A stretch of DNA of 64,000 nt. It comes from Rickettsiales bacterium. GTDB taxonomy: Bacteria; Pseudomonadota; Alphaproteobacteria; Rickettsiales; RGZB01. Position 1 is the stretch's first letter, and every line of letters begins with the position of its first letter. A program made the translations under genes and the position numbers. Shown piece by piece: positions 10,593 through 22,064 of the stretch. The DNA lies in contig JBIKVZ010000001.1 of assembly GCA_044356525.1 (NCBI GenBank), forward strand, positions 330,863 through 394,862, read 5' to 3'. Below the pieces are notes generated by a model that was given only the letters and a program-made list of their open reading frames with translations, was not told where the DNA came from and did not search any database.

Positions 10593-11255
10593 TTACTTAT
10601 TCGCCGCCATGTAGTCCAGAATTGCCACCTGAGTCGCGGCATGTTCTTCAAATGAGCGTTTTCTTTCTTCAAAAAGAGCGCCCATACCCGGTGTTACTTC
10701 ATCTGCCTTTGCAGCAGTAAGCCGATACATCTGCATGCCGGGTGATTGGTCAATCCGATTACTATATTGGTCCCATAATTTCATAAGTAGTTCTTCATCT
10801 TTGGCTTCAAGTGGCGGCACGGGCTCACCCTTAATTTCAGCCGTCATTTTATGATACATCGCAGTACTAAGCTGCTCGATATCAGCTAGCTCTGGTTTCA
10901 CTTTCTCCAGATAAGCTGAAAGCATTCCGCCTTTTTCATCAATCGCATTTGCAATACCCAGCAGCGCGCTTAAATATCCACCGATCGCCTCCACACGCTC
11001 CTCACCCAACACCATATCAATATGTTTTCCTGTGGGCCCTTCCTGCGCACCAGACCGATCGGATTCCATCTTGCGGCGCAGCTGTGCCACACTCACCATC
11101 ACATTGTCGAAAAACAACTGATCCCTTAACCCTTGAAGCATTGGGTGCTGCATCCGCCCATAGGCACTGGTCAACGTTTCGCCCATGCTGCGCACAAACA
11201 GATACAGATGCTCTTCCGGCGTGCCGCGGAGCGGTATTTCACCTTCGTTTGCCAT
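10593..11255 (-). CDS. Hypothetical soluble protein
   Basis: 220-aa ORF with normal amino-acid composition. The antisense ORFs look like junk. No recognisable motif. Confidence 0.6.
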   Translation of the reverse strand: MANEGEIPLRGTPEEHLYLFVRSMGETLTSAYGRMQHPMLQGLRDQLFFDNVMVSVAQLRRKMESDRSGAQEGPTGKHIDMVLGEERVEAIGGYLSALLGIANAIDEKGGMLSAYLEKVKPELADIEQLSTAMYHKMTAEIKGEPVPPLEAKDEELLMKLWDQYSNRIDQSPGMQMYRLTAAKADEVTPGMGALFEERKRSFEEHAATQVAILDYMAANK

Positions 11256-11330
11256 AGCGTCATTCTTAAAATTGTTGTAATCCTAGGTGCAGTATAGCAC
11301 AAAACCCCTTAATATTTGCTTAACGCAGAA

Positions 11331-12113
11331 ATGCCAAAATCCTTAAAAAACAATACGATAGATTCGGCTGAAGTGGCAAAATTTACCGCCATGGCCGATG
11401 AGTGGTGGGACGAAAACGGCAAATTCCGCCCGCTCCATTTGTTTAACCCCGTGCGCATCCGCTATATCCGCGACAGCATCACCGCACAATTTGGAAAAAA
11501 AACACAAGGGTCAAAGCCTTTAAGCGGCATCCGCATTCTGGATATTGGTTGCGGTGGTGGTTTGCTCGCCGAACCTTTGGCGCGATTGGGGGCAACCGTT
11601 ACTGGCGTGGATGCTTCAGAGAAAAACATTCGCGTTGCCACGCTGCACGCCAAAAAAAGCGGCGTAGCGATACAGTATAAACATGCTGCCGCAGAAGATT
11701 TGGTCCGCAAAAAACAGCAGTTCGATGTCGTGCTGGCAATGGAAATTGTTGAGCACGTGGCCGATGTAAATGCGTTTCTTTCCGCCTGCGCGGCGCTGGT
11801 AAAACCCGGCGGACTTTTGTTTGTTGCCACGCTGAACCGCACACCAAAATCATTCCTCTTTGGTATTGTTGGCGCTGAATATGTCATGCGCTGGCTACCG
11901 CGCGGCACACATGATTGGCGCAAATTCCTAAAGCCATCTGAAATCGCGGAGGCAATCACCCCCAAAGGATTTTCGGTAGAGGATATAAAAGGCGTAAGTT
12001 ACAGGCTTCTCACCGCAGATTTTTTACTGACGAACGACCCGAGCGTAAATTATTTACTGCGCGCCTCTAAAACGCCCAAGGCCTCAAGCCTGCGCCGAAC
12101 AAGCGGCACATAA
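11331..12113 (+). CDS. ubiG: Ubiquinone biosynthesis O-methyltransferase
   Basis: SAM-binding motif ILDIGCGGGLLAEPLARLG, UbiG-like WWDENGKFRPLH, and C-terminal VNYLL. The ORF opens at TTG 11316, but ATG 11331 is the more likely start. Confidence 0.9.
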   Translation: MPKSLKNNTIDSAEVAKFTAMADEWWDENGKFRPLHLFNPVRIRYIRDSITAQFGKKTQGSKPLSGIRILDIGCGGGLLAEPLARLGATVTGVDASEKNIRVATLHAKKSGVAIQYKHAAAEDLVRKKQQFDVVLAMEIVEHVADVNAFLSACAALVKPGGLLFVATLNRTPKSFLFGIVGAEYVMRWLPRGTHDWRKFLKPSEIAEAITPKGFSVEDIKGVSYRLLTADFLLTNDPSVNYLLRASKTPKASSLRRTSGT

Positions 12114-12436
12114 AATACATTCACAAACCAGCGATAAACCAACGCGAAAAGCTGCTTTTGAAAATGTGCCGCAAGCACGCGAGGCGCATAGCGCGCCAAT
12201 ATAAAAATAATCTTTGCTTTCGGGACTTTTATACTACCACCACGGCCTAAAACTAATAGCTTCCAAACCAGACGCCGTCTTGCGTACAGCGGCATACGGA
12301 TGCCTGTTTTTCTTTCCAGTGCAACCATCAGTCGTTGGGTCGATTTAACAATCTCTTGGTAATCTGACTCCTGCATCAGTTTCTTTGTGCCATCAATATA
12401 GTCGGGTATTTCACTCAAATGAACAGCGCCGCTCAT
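12050..12436 (-). CDS. Hypothetical protein, possibly the detached C-terminal part of the upstream GT2
   Basis: 128-aa ORF that overlaps the GT2 stop by 26 nt in another frame. Its 3' end overlaps the ubiG 3' end by 64 nt. See the finding on the A6 run. Confidence 0.35.
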   Translation of the reverse strand: MSGAVHLSEIPDYIDGTKKLMQESDYQEIVKSTQRLMVALERKTGIRMPLYARRRLVWKLLVLGRGGSIKVPKAKIIFILARYAPRVLAAHFQKQLFALVYRWFVNVFYVPLVRRRLEALGVLEARSK

Positions 12437-13145
12437 TTCTGATTCCGAAAGAATTTTTTGCTATTTTCTCTTTCACGATTCTTGCGGCACTTGCTTCTGA
12501 AATGGCGATGCTTGAATGATATTGGCTGTCGGAGCGCATACGATACACAATCCCTGGCCGCAGAAGTGACGCAGGCTTCGTGTGCTCAATAAGCTTTGAA
12601 ACCCAATCAAAGTCCTCCGCTTCACCATATTTAAAATCTTCTTGATAATAAATACCGTGCTGCTGAATCACATCATGCCGAATCATTAGCGTTGGGTTTG
12701 TAAAACACATCTGCAAAAGAAGGCTCACAGATAAATCTTTCACGCGATGAGGGCGATACCGAGACCGCAATACACCATCTCTCAATACAATCGACTGTAT
12801 GCCCAGAACACCCACACTCTTGTGCTTATCCAAATATCGTTTTTGTGCTGCCAGGCGCGTCGGAAGAGAAACATCATCTGCATCCATCAGTGCAATATAT
12901 TCACCTTTTGCTTCACGCAAGGCGGTGTTTCTGGCCGCGCCTGAGCCACGGTTTTTTTCATGATAAAAAACACGAATGCGGGAATCTTTAAATGAACGGA
13001 TAATATCGCGGGTGGTGTCCGTAGAGGCATCATCCACTATCAGCAGCTCAATGTCGGTAAGCGTCTGATCTAAGATGCTCTGAATCGCCGGTGCAATAAA
13101 TTCTGCCGCGTTATAAGCACACGTCACAACACTAACAGATGGCAT
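12411..13145 (-). CDS. Family-2 glycosyltransferase
   Basis: GT-A motifs VSVVTCAYNAAEFI, IVDDASTDTT and MDADDVS. The gene starts 21 nt after the atpC stop. Confidence 0.85.
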   Translation of the reverse strand: MPSVSVVTCAYNAAEFIAPAIQSILDQTLTDIELLIVDDASTDTTRDIIRSFKDSRIRVFYHEKNRGSGAARNTALREAKGEYIALMDADDVSLPTRLAAQKRYLDKHKSVGVLGIQSIVLRDGVLRSRYRPHRVKDLSVSLLLQMCFTNPTLMIRHDVIQQHGIYYQEDFKYGEAEDFDWVSKLIEHTKPASLLRPGIVYRMRSDSQYHSSIAISEASAARIVKEKIAKNSFGIRNERRCSFE

Positions 13146-13166
13146 AAGCCTACCTATGGAAACCTT

Positions 13167-13568
13167 TTAACGCAGGGCGGAAAGGAGCGCTTCCGCGATG
13201 TGGATGTTTTTCTCGGCCAGCTGACGGTCAAAATCATTCGCGGCTTTGGCAAGCGCCTTCTTGCCTTTTTCAAGGCGCTCTTCCGCATCCGAGCGCTTAG
13301 CAAGCTTCAGATCAACCGCTTCTTCCGCCAGTACGGTGCAACCCGTGGTGCTGACTTCGGTAAAGCCGCCGGAGACGAAAATGCGCTGCGTAATCTGCTC
13401 GCCATTTTCATACACATCCACCACGCCGCTCTGCATGGTTGCCACCATCGGCGCATGATTTTCCAGCACACCAAAGGTGCCGTCTGCACCGGGGATGACA
13501 ACCATCTTCACCGGCTTTGAAAACACCACCTGTGTGGGCGTTACTAAATCAAGCGTCAGCTTCGACAT
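13167..13568 (-). CDS. atpC: F1 ATP synthase epsilon subunit
   Basis: 133-aa ORF in the last position of the atpHAGDC operon, with a typical epsilon N-terminal beta-sandwich sequence (LDLVTPTQVVFSKPVKMVVIPG). Confidence 0.93.
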   Translation of the reverse strand: MSKLTLDLVTPTQVVFSKPVKMVVIPGADGTFGVLENHAPMVATMQSGVVDVYENGEQITQRIFVSGGFTEVSTTGCTVLAEEAVDLKLAKRSDAEERLEKGKKALAKAANDFDRQLAEKNIHIAEALLSALR

Positions 13569-13583
13569 GCGTGTACCTTATGG

Positions 13584-15119
<1,536 letters not shown>

Positions 15120-16016
15120 TTAAATTGCTTCCGCGCCGGAAATAATTTCAATCAGTTCCTTCGTAATCGTCGCCTGACGGTTACGGTTATATTCCAGCGT
15201 GAGTTTCTTAATCATTTCACCGGCATTGCGCGTGGCGTTATCCATCGCCGTCATGCGCGCACCCTGCTCGCTGGCAGAGCTTTCAAGCAGCGCGTGGAAA
15301 ATCTGCACGCTGATATTCAACGGCAATAAATCCGACAGCACGGCCGCTTCGCTCGGTTCATAATCATACACCGCTTCGGGGCCCTTCGTGGGGGCGGATT
15401 GGATTTTTTCCGACAGCGCGTTGATGTCGAGCGGAATCAGCTGCTGGAACGTCACTATCTGCGAAATGGCGGATTTGAATTTGTTATACACCACCGAGCA
15501 CACATCCACTTCGCCGCTTTCAAACAGCGAAAGCACCCTCGCACCCACTTGTGCGGCGTCAGTATATTCCACCTGCTTTTTACCGGCTTCGCCCATGCGG
15601 TCGATGATGGCGTTCTTGTAGCCATGCTTCAGCTGGTCGTAGGATTTTTTACCCACCAGCAGCAACTTCACTTCTTTGCCGGAAGCCTTCAGTTGCTCCA
15701 TGCGGTTGCGTACGGCGCGCACCACGCTGGTGTTGAAACCACCGCACAAACCGCGGTCGGATGAAATCACCACAATCAGATGCTTCTTATCGCTTGCGCG
15801 GCCCACCATCAGCGCGGGGGCATTTTCTTTTTCTTTAATCGACAGCGCCAAGGTTGCAATCACGCGCTCCATGCGTTCCGCATACGGGCGAGCCGACGCA
15901 GCACGTTCCTGCGCACGACGCAGTTTGCTGGCCGCCACCATTTTCATGGCTTTGGTGATCTTCTGCGTGGACTTCACGCTTTTGATCCTGAGGCGCAGTG
16001 TTTTTAAATTTGCCAC
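15120..16016 (-). CDS. atpG: F1 ATP synthase gamma subunit
   Basis: N-terminal LRLRIKSVKSTQKITKAMKMVAASKLRRAQ and C-terminal ITKELIEIISGAEA. Confidence 0.97.
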   Translation of the reverse strand: MANLKTLRLRIKSVKSTQKITKAMKMVAASKLRRAQERAASARPYAERMERVIATLALSIKEKENAPALMVGRASDKKHLIVVISSDRGLCGGFNTSVVRAVRNRMEQLKASGKEVKLLLVGKKSYDQLKHGYKNAIIDRMGEAGKKQVEYTDAAQVGARVLSLFESGEVDVCSVVYNKFKSAISQIVTFQQLIPLDINALSEKIQSAPTKGPEAVYDYEPSEAAVLSDLLPLNISVQIFHALLESSASEQGARMTAMDNATRNAGEMIKKLTLEYNRNRQATITKELIEIISGAEAI

Positions 16017-16054
16017 GGCTTAAACCTTTTCCTTCGCGCTACCAGTGTTTTCGT

Positions 16055-17584
16055 TTACGCAAACAGCTTGCTGAATTTTTCCAGCAGTGCTTTCAGTTTT
16101 TCTTCCGTTTTGTCCGACAGTTTCTGTTCGGTGCGGATTTCTTCCAGCAGCTTTACATTTTTGCCGCGCAGGTCTGCCAGCAGCTGTTCTTCAAAACGGC
16201 TGACGTCTTTTGCGGGCACCTTATCGAGGTAGCCTTTCACGCCGGCGTAAATCACGCAGACCTGTTCTTCCACCGCGAGCGGCGTATACTGGTTTTGCTT
16301 GAGGAGCTGCGTCAGGCGCGCACCGCGGCCGAGCAGTTTCTGCGTTGCGGCATCAAGGTCGGAACCAAACTGCGCGAACGCTTCCATTTCACGGAACTGA
16401 GCGAGTTCGAGCTTAATCGAACCAGCCACTTGTTTCATGCCTTTAATCTGTGCGGCAGAACCCACGCGGGATACGGAAAGACCGACGTTCACCGCCGGGC
16501 GGATACCTTTGTAGAACAATTCCGTTTCAAGGAAGATCTGACCGTCGGTAATCGAAATCACGTTGGTCGGGATGTAGGCCGATACGTCACCAGCCTGCGT
16601 TTCAATCACCGGCAGTGCGGTGAGCGAACCAGCGCCCTGTTCGTCGGACATTTTTGCAGCGCGCTCCAGCAAGCGTGAGTGCACATAGAACACGTCACCT
16701 GGGTATGCTTCGCGGCCTGGTGGGCGGCGCAGCAGCAGGGACATCTGGCGGTATGCCACAGCGTGCTTGGAAAGATCGTCATACGCAATCAGGGCATGCA
16801 TGCCGTTATCGCGGAAGAATTCACCCATCACGCAGCCCGTGTAGGGTGCCAGGAACTGCATCGGAGCAGGTTCAGAAGCAGAAGCCGCTACCACGATGGA
16901 GTATTCCATCGCACCTTGCTCTTCCAGTTTTTTCACCAGCTGGGCGATGGTCGAGCGCTTCTGACCAATGGCCACATAAATGCAGTACAGTTTTTTGGAT
17001 TCGTCTTTACCGCTGTTCACCGCCTTCTGGTTCAAGAATGCGTCAAGAATCACGGCGGTTTTACCCGTCTGACGGTCACCGATGATCAGTTCGCGCTGGC
17101 CGCGACCGATTGGAATCAGCGCGTCGATCGCTTTAATCCCCGTCTGCACTGGCTCATGCACCGACTTACGAGCAATAATGCCAGGAGCTTTCACTTCAAG
17201 GCGGGTTTGCTTCACGTTTTTCAAAGGGCCTTTACCGTCAATCGGGTTACCGAGACCATCCACCACGCGACCGAGCAGACCTTTACCTGCTGGCACGCTC
17301 ACGATTTCGCCCGTACGTTTTACCGTGTCACCTTCTTTAATATCGCGGTCGTTACCGAACAACACGATACCCACATTGTCTTCTTCAAGGTTCAGCGCCA
17401 TACCTTTAATGCCGCCGGGGAATTCCACCATTTCACCCGCCTGCACTTTATCGAGGCCGTATACGGTTGCGATACCGTCACCCACGGAAATAACTTGGCC
17501 AACTTCTTTGAGTTCGGCTTCACCAGAAAAATCGGTGATCTGTTTTTTCAAAACGCTAGCAATTTCAGAGGCGCGAATGTCCAT
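16055..17584 (-). CDS. atpA: F1 ATP synthase alpha subunit
   Basis: Walker [10 protein letters not shown], with typical alpha-subunit sequence throughout. Confidence 0.98.
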   Translation of the reverse strand: MDIRASEIASVLKKQITDFSGEAELKEVGQVISVGDGIATVYGLDKVQAGEMVEFPGGIKGMALNLEEDNVGIVLFGNDRDIKEGDTVKRTGEIVSVPAGKGLLGRVVDGLGNPIDGKGPLKNVKQTRLEVKAPGIIARKSVHEPVQTGIKAIDALIPIGRGQRELIIGDRQTGKTAVILDAFLNQKAVNSGKDESKKLYCIYVAIGQKRSTIAQLVKKLEEQGAMEYSIVVAASASEPAPMQFLAPYTGCVMGEFFRDNGMHALIAYDDLSKHAVAYRQMSLLLRRPPGREAYPGDVFYVHSRLLERAAKMSDEQGAGSLTALPVIETQAGDVSAYIPTNVISITDGQIFLETELFYKGIRPAVNVGLSVSRVGSAAQIKGMKQVAGSIKLELAQFREMEAFAQFGSDLDAATQKLLGRGARLTQLLKQNQYTPLAVEEQVCVIYAGVKGYLDKVPAKDVSRFEEQLLADLRGKNVKLLEEIRTEQKLSDKTEEKLKALLEKFSKLFA

Positions 17585-17607
17585 GGATCAAATACTCCCT
17601 TTAAAAA

Positions 17608-18177
17608 CTATCCCTTAATGTTTGCAATTTTTTGTGCACGGGCAAGGCGCTCTAAGCGACCCTCTACCGATGCATCAATCAGTTCAGAGCCAAGCTTCAC
17701 TTTCAGCCCGCCCAGAATGTTCTGGTTTACGGTTTCTTTTAATGCCACCTGCTTGCCCACCAGTTTTTTAATGGCGGTTTCAAGGGCGGCGCGATTCTGT
17801 GTAGAAAGCGGCACAGCGCTCGTCACTTCCACCGTCACTTCGCCCTTATCGGCAGATACCAAGCGGCGGAAGGCTTCAACAATGTCGCGTAAAATGGCAA
17901 GGCGGCGGTTTGCCGCAAGCAGCGCCACGGTGCGCAGCGTTACTTCTTGTGCTTTTTGCTGTTTCAGCAGTATTTCAAACACGGCGCCGATTTCGGCCGT
18001 CGGCAGCACGGGGCTCTTTGCCGCAATCACCAATTCTGGTGATGCAAGCAGCATGGCATCGAGCGCTTCAAGGTCTCTTGCAACGCTTTCCAGCGCATTT
18101 TGCTGTTTGGCCAAATCAAACAACGCCGTTGCATAACGGCGCGCAAGGCCAACTTTTCCCGTTTTTTTCGCAGGCAC
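17608..18177 (-). CDS. atpH: F1 ATP synthase delta (OSCP) subunit
   Basis: GLARRYATALFDLA N-terminal motif. The ORF opens at TTG 18225 and has no ATG near the N-terminus, so GTG 18177 is proposed. The start is uncertain. Confidence 0.85.
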   Translation of the reverse strand: MPAKKTGKVGLARRYATALFDLAKQQNALESVARDLEALDAMLLASPELVIAAKSPVLPTAEIGAVFEILLKQQKAQEVTLRTVALLAANRRLAILRDIVEAFRRLVSADKGEVTVEVTSAVPLSTQNRAALETAIKKLVGKQVALKETVNQNILGGLKVKLGSELIDASVEGRLERLARAQKIANIKG

Positions 18178-18356
18178 GTGGCTACACTTACTATATCTAG
18201 AGTTTTCCCAACCATTTCCGAGCAAACTGACGCATTTAAGCCCGAAATCGTGCCGCTTTCTAACATAAGCCCCTTATGCTTGCAAGCGCAAGCTTGGGCC
18301 AAAAAGCTTTTTTTGGAAAAATGATTCTAGTTAGCTGAAAAATATGAGTTTTTTAA

Positions 18357-18842
18357 TTAGTGGTTGGGCAGGTCGGGAAAGGCACTGCGAATGGCCTCAT
18401 ATTTCTGCTTATCCAACTTCACGATATAAAATGGCACGCCGTCGGTCGACTGGTGCACATTCATGCCCTTCGCCAAGCCCTTCGCTACACCGTGAATTTC
18501 ACCCAGCGCCAAAAAAATCTCACGCACCTGCGAGGCGGCATCAAGATCACCCATCACCACGCCGATGGTGCCGTCTTTTTGCTCCCTCACCGGTGAGGTC
18601 GGATTGTTATAGCTTTGCGGCAGCAGATAATCCCTCGTATGCATCACTTGCTGCTCAAGCTCCCTTAAAGGCAGGCCGCGCACAAATTCACCCGCCGCAA
18701 ATTCGATGGAGGTTTCCTTCGCGCTGAACGATATCACCAGCCCCGGCAGGTTATGAACCTGCCCGCCGCCCACGCGCTGTTCATATTTCCAGTCATCATA
18801 GGCAAGGCCGAGCACCGCCATCAACGCCGTCATGTGGGTCAT
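18357..18842 (-). CDS. Hypothetical protein (cassette gene 3)
   Basis: 161-aa ORF. Its ATG overlaps the TGA of the preceding small ORF (ATGA). The C-terminus AFPDLP resembles the C-terminus of the 19000-19662 product. Confidence 0.6.
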   Translation of the reverse strand: MTHMTALMAVLGLAYDDWKYEQRVGGGQVHNLPGLVISFSAKETSIEFAAGEFVRGLPLRELEQQVMHTRDYLLPQSYNNPTSPVREQKDGTIGVVMGDLDAASQVREIFLALGEIHGVAKGLAKGMNVHQSTDGVPFYIVKLDKQKYEAIRSAFPDLPNH

Positions 18843-18991
18843 GTCCTCAGGCTTTTCTTTGGGCCTTTTGCCAGCACAAAATTATCGTCCATGCCGTTCA
18901 GCTTCAGATGATACGGCATACCGCCACGGTCACTCACTTCCTGCCGCGCGGCCTTTAGCACCTTGATTGCCTCTTCAAATATCGAAGCCAC
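18839..18991 (-). CDS. Small hypothetical protein, 50 aa (cassette gene 2; below the ORF-track size cut-off)
   Basis: GTG start preceded by GGAGAG 4 nt upstream. Hand translation: MASIFEEAIKVLKAARQEVSDRGGMPYHLKLNGMDDNFVLAKGPKKSLRT. It fills the gap exactly, and its stop overlaps the next start. Confidence 0.5.
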   Translation of the reverse strand: MASIFEEAIKVLKAARQEVSDRGGMPYHLKLNGMDDNFVLAKGPKKSLRT

Positions 18992-18999
18992 TTACTCTC

Positions 19000-19662
19000 C
19001 TAACCACCCATTGGCGGCAAATCTGGTAGCGCCTCGAGGGCTTTCACCTTCTCAACCGCCGCCTTGCTAATCACCACGGAAGGGTGCTCGATAAAAATCG
19101 TGCGGCCATTACGATCCCTTCCATCAATGCCCTCCTGCGCACGCCAGCACTGCCCTTGCTGGCCATGTGCCTGTAATAGCAAATCCACCCGTTCATATTG
19201 CAGGGTAACAAACAATTCTGATAGTTCGCGTGCCCGCACCGGGTCCACCCCCTCCCCGCGTATAATCGGGTGTGAAATCACCACCGCATCCACGGCTCTG
19301 AATTGTGGTGTACCCGTTTTGCGCGTGGCTTTTTCGTTAGGCAGGGCAATGGTCAGTGGCTTCGTCAGCGGGTTTTTGAATATTTCCTGATGCAGCGCCT
19401 CCACTGCCAGCCTGAGTTTTATGGGGTCAAGGTCGCCTTTTTCCACCGGAAAGGTCAATTTCAGCGCGCCAGAGTCGTATGAAAAATTGTCGTAAAGCTC
19501 GCGCGATTCTACTTGTGCTTCTTTGCGCAGCACAAGCGAAGGCTTCTCGATGTCGCGCAGGGTTTTGGTCAGCATGTACGCATCTGCAAGTATTACCTTT
19601 GCCGCATCATTTTGCTTGGGGCTTAGGCCCTTGATGAGCACATAATTTTCCACATCATCCAT
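19000..19662 (-). CDS. Hypothetical protein (cassette gene 1)
   Basis: 220-aa ORF with AGGAAG upstream of the ATG. No recognisable domain. The C-terminus is ALPDLPPMGG. Confidence 0.6.
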   Translation of the reverse strand: MDDVENYVLIKGLSPKQNDAAKVILADAYMLTKTLRDIEKPSLVLRKEAQVESRELYDNFSYDSGALKLTFPVEKGDLDPIKLRLAVEALHQEIFKNPLTKPLTIALPNEKATRKTGTPQFRAVDAVVISHPIIRGEGVDPVRARELSELFVTLQYERVDLLLQAHGQQGQCWRAQEGIDGRDRNGRTIFIEHPSVVISKAAVEKVKALEALPDLPPMGG

Positions 19663-19782
19663 GCGCTGTTTCAGCGCTTCCTATATGGCTGAAAAGATAT
19701 TGACCGTTGCCATAATTAACCCCTTAGACTTTGATTTACCTGTCTATTTTAGCGGGCAGAGGTTAAGGATTCGTAAACGCGT

Positions 19783-21948
19783 CTACATAAAGCTGTAGGG
19801 GTCGATATCCACCTTCAGGCGCAGGCTGTTGGGCGTTTTTTGGCTGGAAAGCCAAGTGGTTATGTATTTTTGCACCGGCAGGGTGCGCGGGGCTTTCAGC
19901 AGCAAACGATAGCGATGCTGGCCCTTCAGGCGCGAAAGCGGCGCGGGTGCAGGGCCCAGTACACGCACCCCTTTAGCGGTAGGGGCCGAGGCGGCAAGCT
20001 GTTGCCCGAAGCGCCGCACATCGGCCTCTATTTTTCCGGAAATCACAATGGCAGCTAATTTACCAAATGGCGGCATCTCCGCACCTTGGCGCTGTTCTTT
20101 TTCGCGCGCCATGAACTGGTCGCGGTTATGCGCACGCAGCGCTTGCATTAACGGGTGCTGAGGCTGATAAGTTTGAATCAGCGCGCGGCCTTTAAAATCT
20201 TCTCGCCCTGCTCGGCCTGCCACCTGATGCAGCACTTGGTATGCCTTTTCACCCGCGCGTAAATCACCGCCCTCAAGCCCCAAATCCGCATCCACCACAC
20301 CCACCAGCGTCAGATGCGGAAAATGGTGCCCCTTCGCCACCATCTGCGTGCCGATAATAATATCCATCTCCCGCGCTAAAATCGCTTTCACGGTGCAGGC
20401 GGCATCAACGGGGTTTTCCATTGTGTCGCTCGTCATCTGCGCCACGCGCGCGTTCGGGAACAATTCTTTTACCTCTTCCGCCAAGCGCTCCACACCGGGG
20501 CCACAGGCTACTAAACTGTTTTCCGCGTTGCAGGAAGGGCATGCCTTTGGCAACGGCGCATGATAGCCGCAATGATGGCACTGTAGCCCCTCGGGGTTTT
20601 TGTGCGTCACCAGCCACGCGCTACAGCTTGGGCATTGCAAGCGGTGACCACAGGCGCGGCATAGTGTGAGCGGGGCATAACCACGACGGTTTAGATACAG
20701 CAGCACCTGCTGTTCTTTTTCGAGCGTATCAATCATCGCCTCTTTAAGCGCGGGTGAAATCCAGTGGCGGCTATCGAGCGCGCTTTCGCGCATATCAATC
20801 AGTTCAATATCGGGCAGCGTCGCGGCGCCGTGACGTTCCGGCAGATGCACGCGGGTAAATTTTCCGGCATCCACGTTATTCACTGTTTCAAGCGAGGGTG
20901 TGGCAGAAACCAATACCACCGGAAAACCTTCCGTGAATCCTCGCGCCACCGCCATGTCACGTGCGTGATACACCACGCCGTCTTCTTGTTTGTACGAGGT
21001 CGCATGTTCTTCATCCACCACCACCAGCGCAAGGTCGTGATACGGCAAAAACAATGCTGAGCGGGCGCCCACCACCAGCTGTGCACGGCCATCCCTAATC
21101 GCACGCCAGTGTTCGCGGCGCTGCCGTGGGGTCAACGCAGAATGCCACGGCGTGGGGGCAAAGCCGAGCCGCGCTTCAAACCGCGCAATCAGTTGCGAGG
21201 TAAGCACAATTTCCGGCAGCAATATCAGCACCTGCCTGCCTGCGTGCAACGCTTCTTCTGCCGCTTCTAAATACACTTCGGTTTTGCCAGAGCCCGTCAC
21301 ACCATCCAGCAACGTCGCCGCATATTTTTTACCCGCCACCTGTTGGCGCAATATTTGTGCGGCCTTTGCTTGCGCCTCAGATAATGTGGGGGCTTGCACG
21401 CTCTTCGCGTCATAGCTCGGATACACACTCGGCAACATGGGCACTTCTTTTTCAATCAGCGCGCCTTGCTTCACCAGCGCATTCACCACGCTCGCGCTCA
21501 CGTCTGCCAGTTCTGCCACATCTGCTTTCGGCAATTCTGTGTTTTCTAAAAGCGCCAACACTTTCGCGCGCGCGGCGGTTTGTGTGGTGGGCTGCTCGTT
21601 GCCCCGCGCCACATAGATTTCGTTGCGCACCGCCTCAAGTGCCTGCGGGGCACTCAGCGCCATCGCTAGCACATTGCCCATCGGCGCAAGCGAGTAGCCC
21701 GCCACCCATGCAATATAGCTCATGAATGTTTCAGAAAAGGGTGCGATTGGTTTTACCTCCAGCACGGACTTCAGTTTTGCCGAAGGTACATCCGTCGTGG
21801 CACAAAGCTTCCACACCACGCCGATTTCGGTTTTGCGCCCGAACGGCACGCTCACGATACTGCCTTTTTGCACAGCCATGCCTTCTTGCACGCGGTAATC
21901 AAACGGCGTGGGCGTGGCAACCGGCAGTAAAATTTTCGCGTATGGCAT
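19783..21948 (-). CDS. priA: Primosomal protein N' (replication restart helicase)
   Basis: Walker A DGVTGSGKTEVY, DEEH box (VVDEEH), and a Zn-binding Cys cluster (CRACGHRLQCPSCSAWL...LQCHHCGY...CPSC). Confidence 0.96.
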   Translation of the reverse strand: MPYAKILLPVATPTPFDYRVQEGMAVQKGSIVSVPFGRKTEIGVVWKLCATTDVPSAKLKSVLEVKPIAPFSETFMSYIAWVAGYSLAPMGNVLAMALSAPQALEAVRNEIYVARGNEQPTTQTAARAKVLALLENTELPKADVAELADVSASVVNALVKQGALIEKEVPMLPSVYPSYDAKSVQAPTLSEAQAKAAQILRQQVAGKKYAATLLDGVTGSGKTEVYLEAAEEALHAGRQVLILLPEIVLTSQLIARFEARLGFAPTPWHSALTPRQRREHWRAIRDGRAQLVVGARSALFLPYHDLALVVVDEEHATSYKQEDGVVYHARDMAVARGFTEGFPVVLVSATPSLETVNNVDAGKFTRVHLPERHGAATLPDIELIDMRESALDSRHWISPALKEAMIDTLEKEQQVLLYLNRRGYAPLTLCRACGHRLQCPSCSAWLVTHKNPEGLQCHHCGYHAPLPKACPSCNAENSLVACGPGVERLAEEVKELFPNARVAQMTSDTMENPVDAACTVKAILAREMDIIIGTQMVAKGHHFPHLTLVGVVDADLGLEGGDLRAGEKAYQVLHQVAGRAGREDFKGRALIQTYQPQHPLMQALRAHNRDQFMAREKEQRQGAEMPPFGKLAAIVISGKIEADVRRFGQQLAASAPTAKGVRVLGPAPAPLSRLKGQHRYRLLLKAPRTLPVQKYITTWLSSQKTPNSLRLKVDIDPYSFM

Positions 21949-22064
21949 TGGTGTTCGTTCCCCTAAGTAAGGTGTTTATAGCGCGGCCACGCTTGCATTG
22001 CCAATAAATCCGGCTAGTATGCGGCGAACATTCCTCCACCGCTAGAAAGCATAAAGGCCACGCC

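Noticed and set aside
16679-18136. 485-aa plus-strand ORF across atpA/atpH, and 15998-16678 across atpG/atpA
   Set aside because: They run antisense to highly conserved ATP synthase genes. Their composition (H/R/F/C-rich) is not protein-like.
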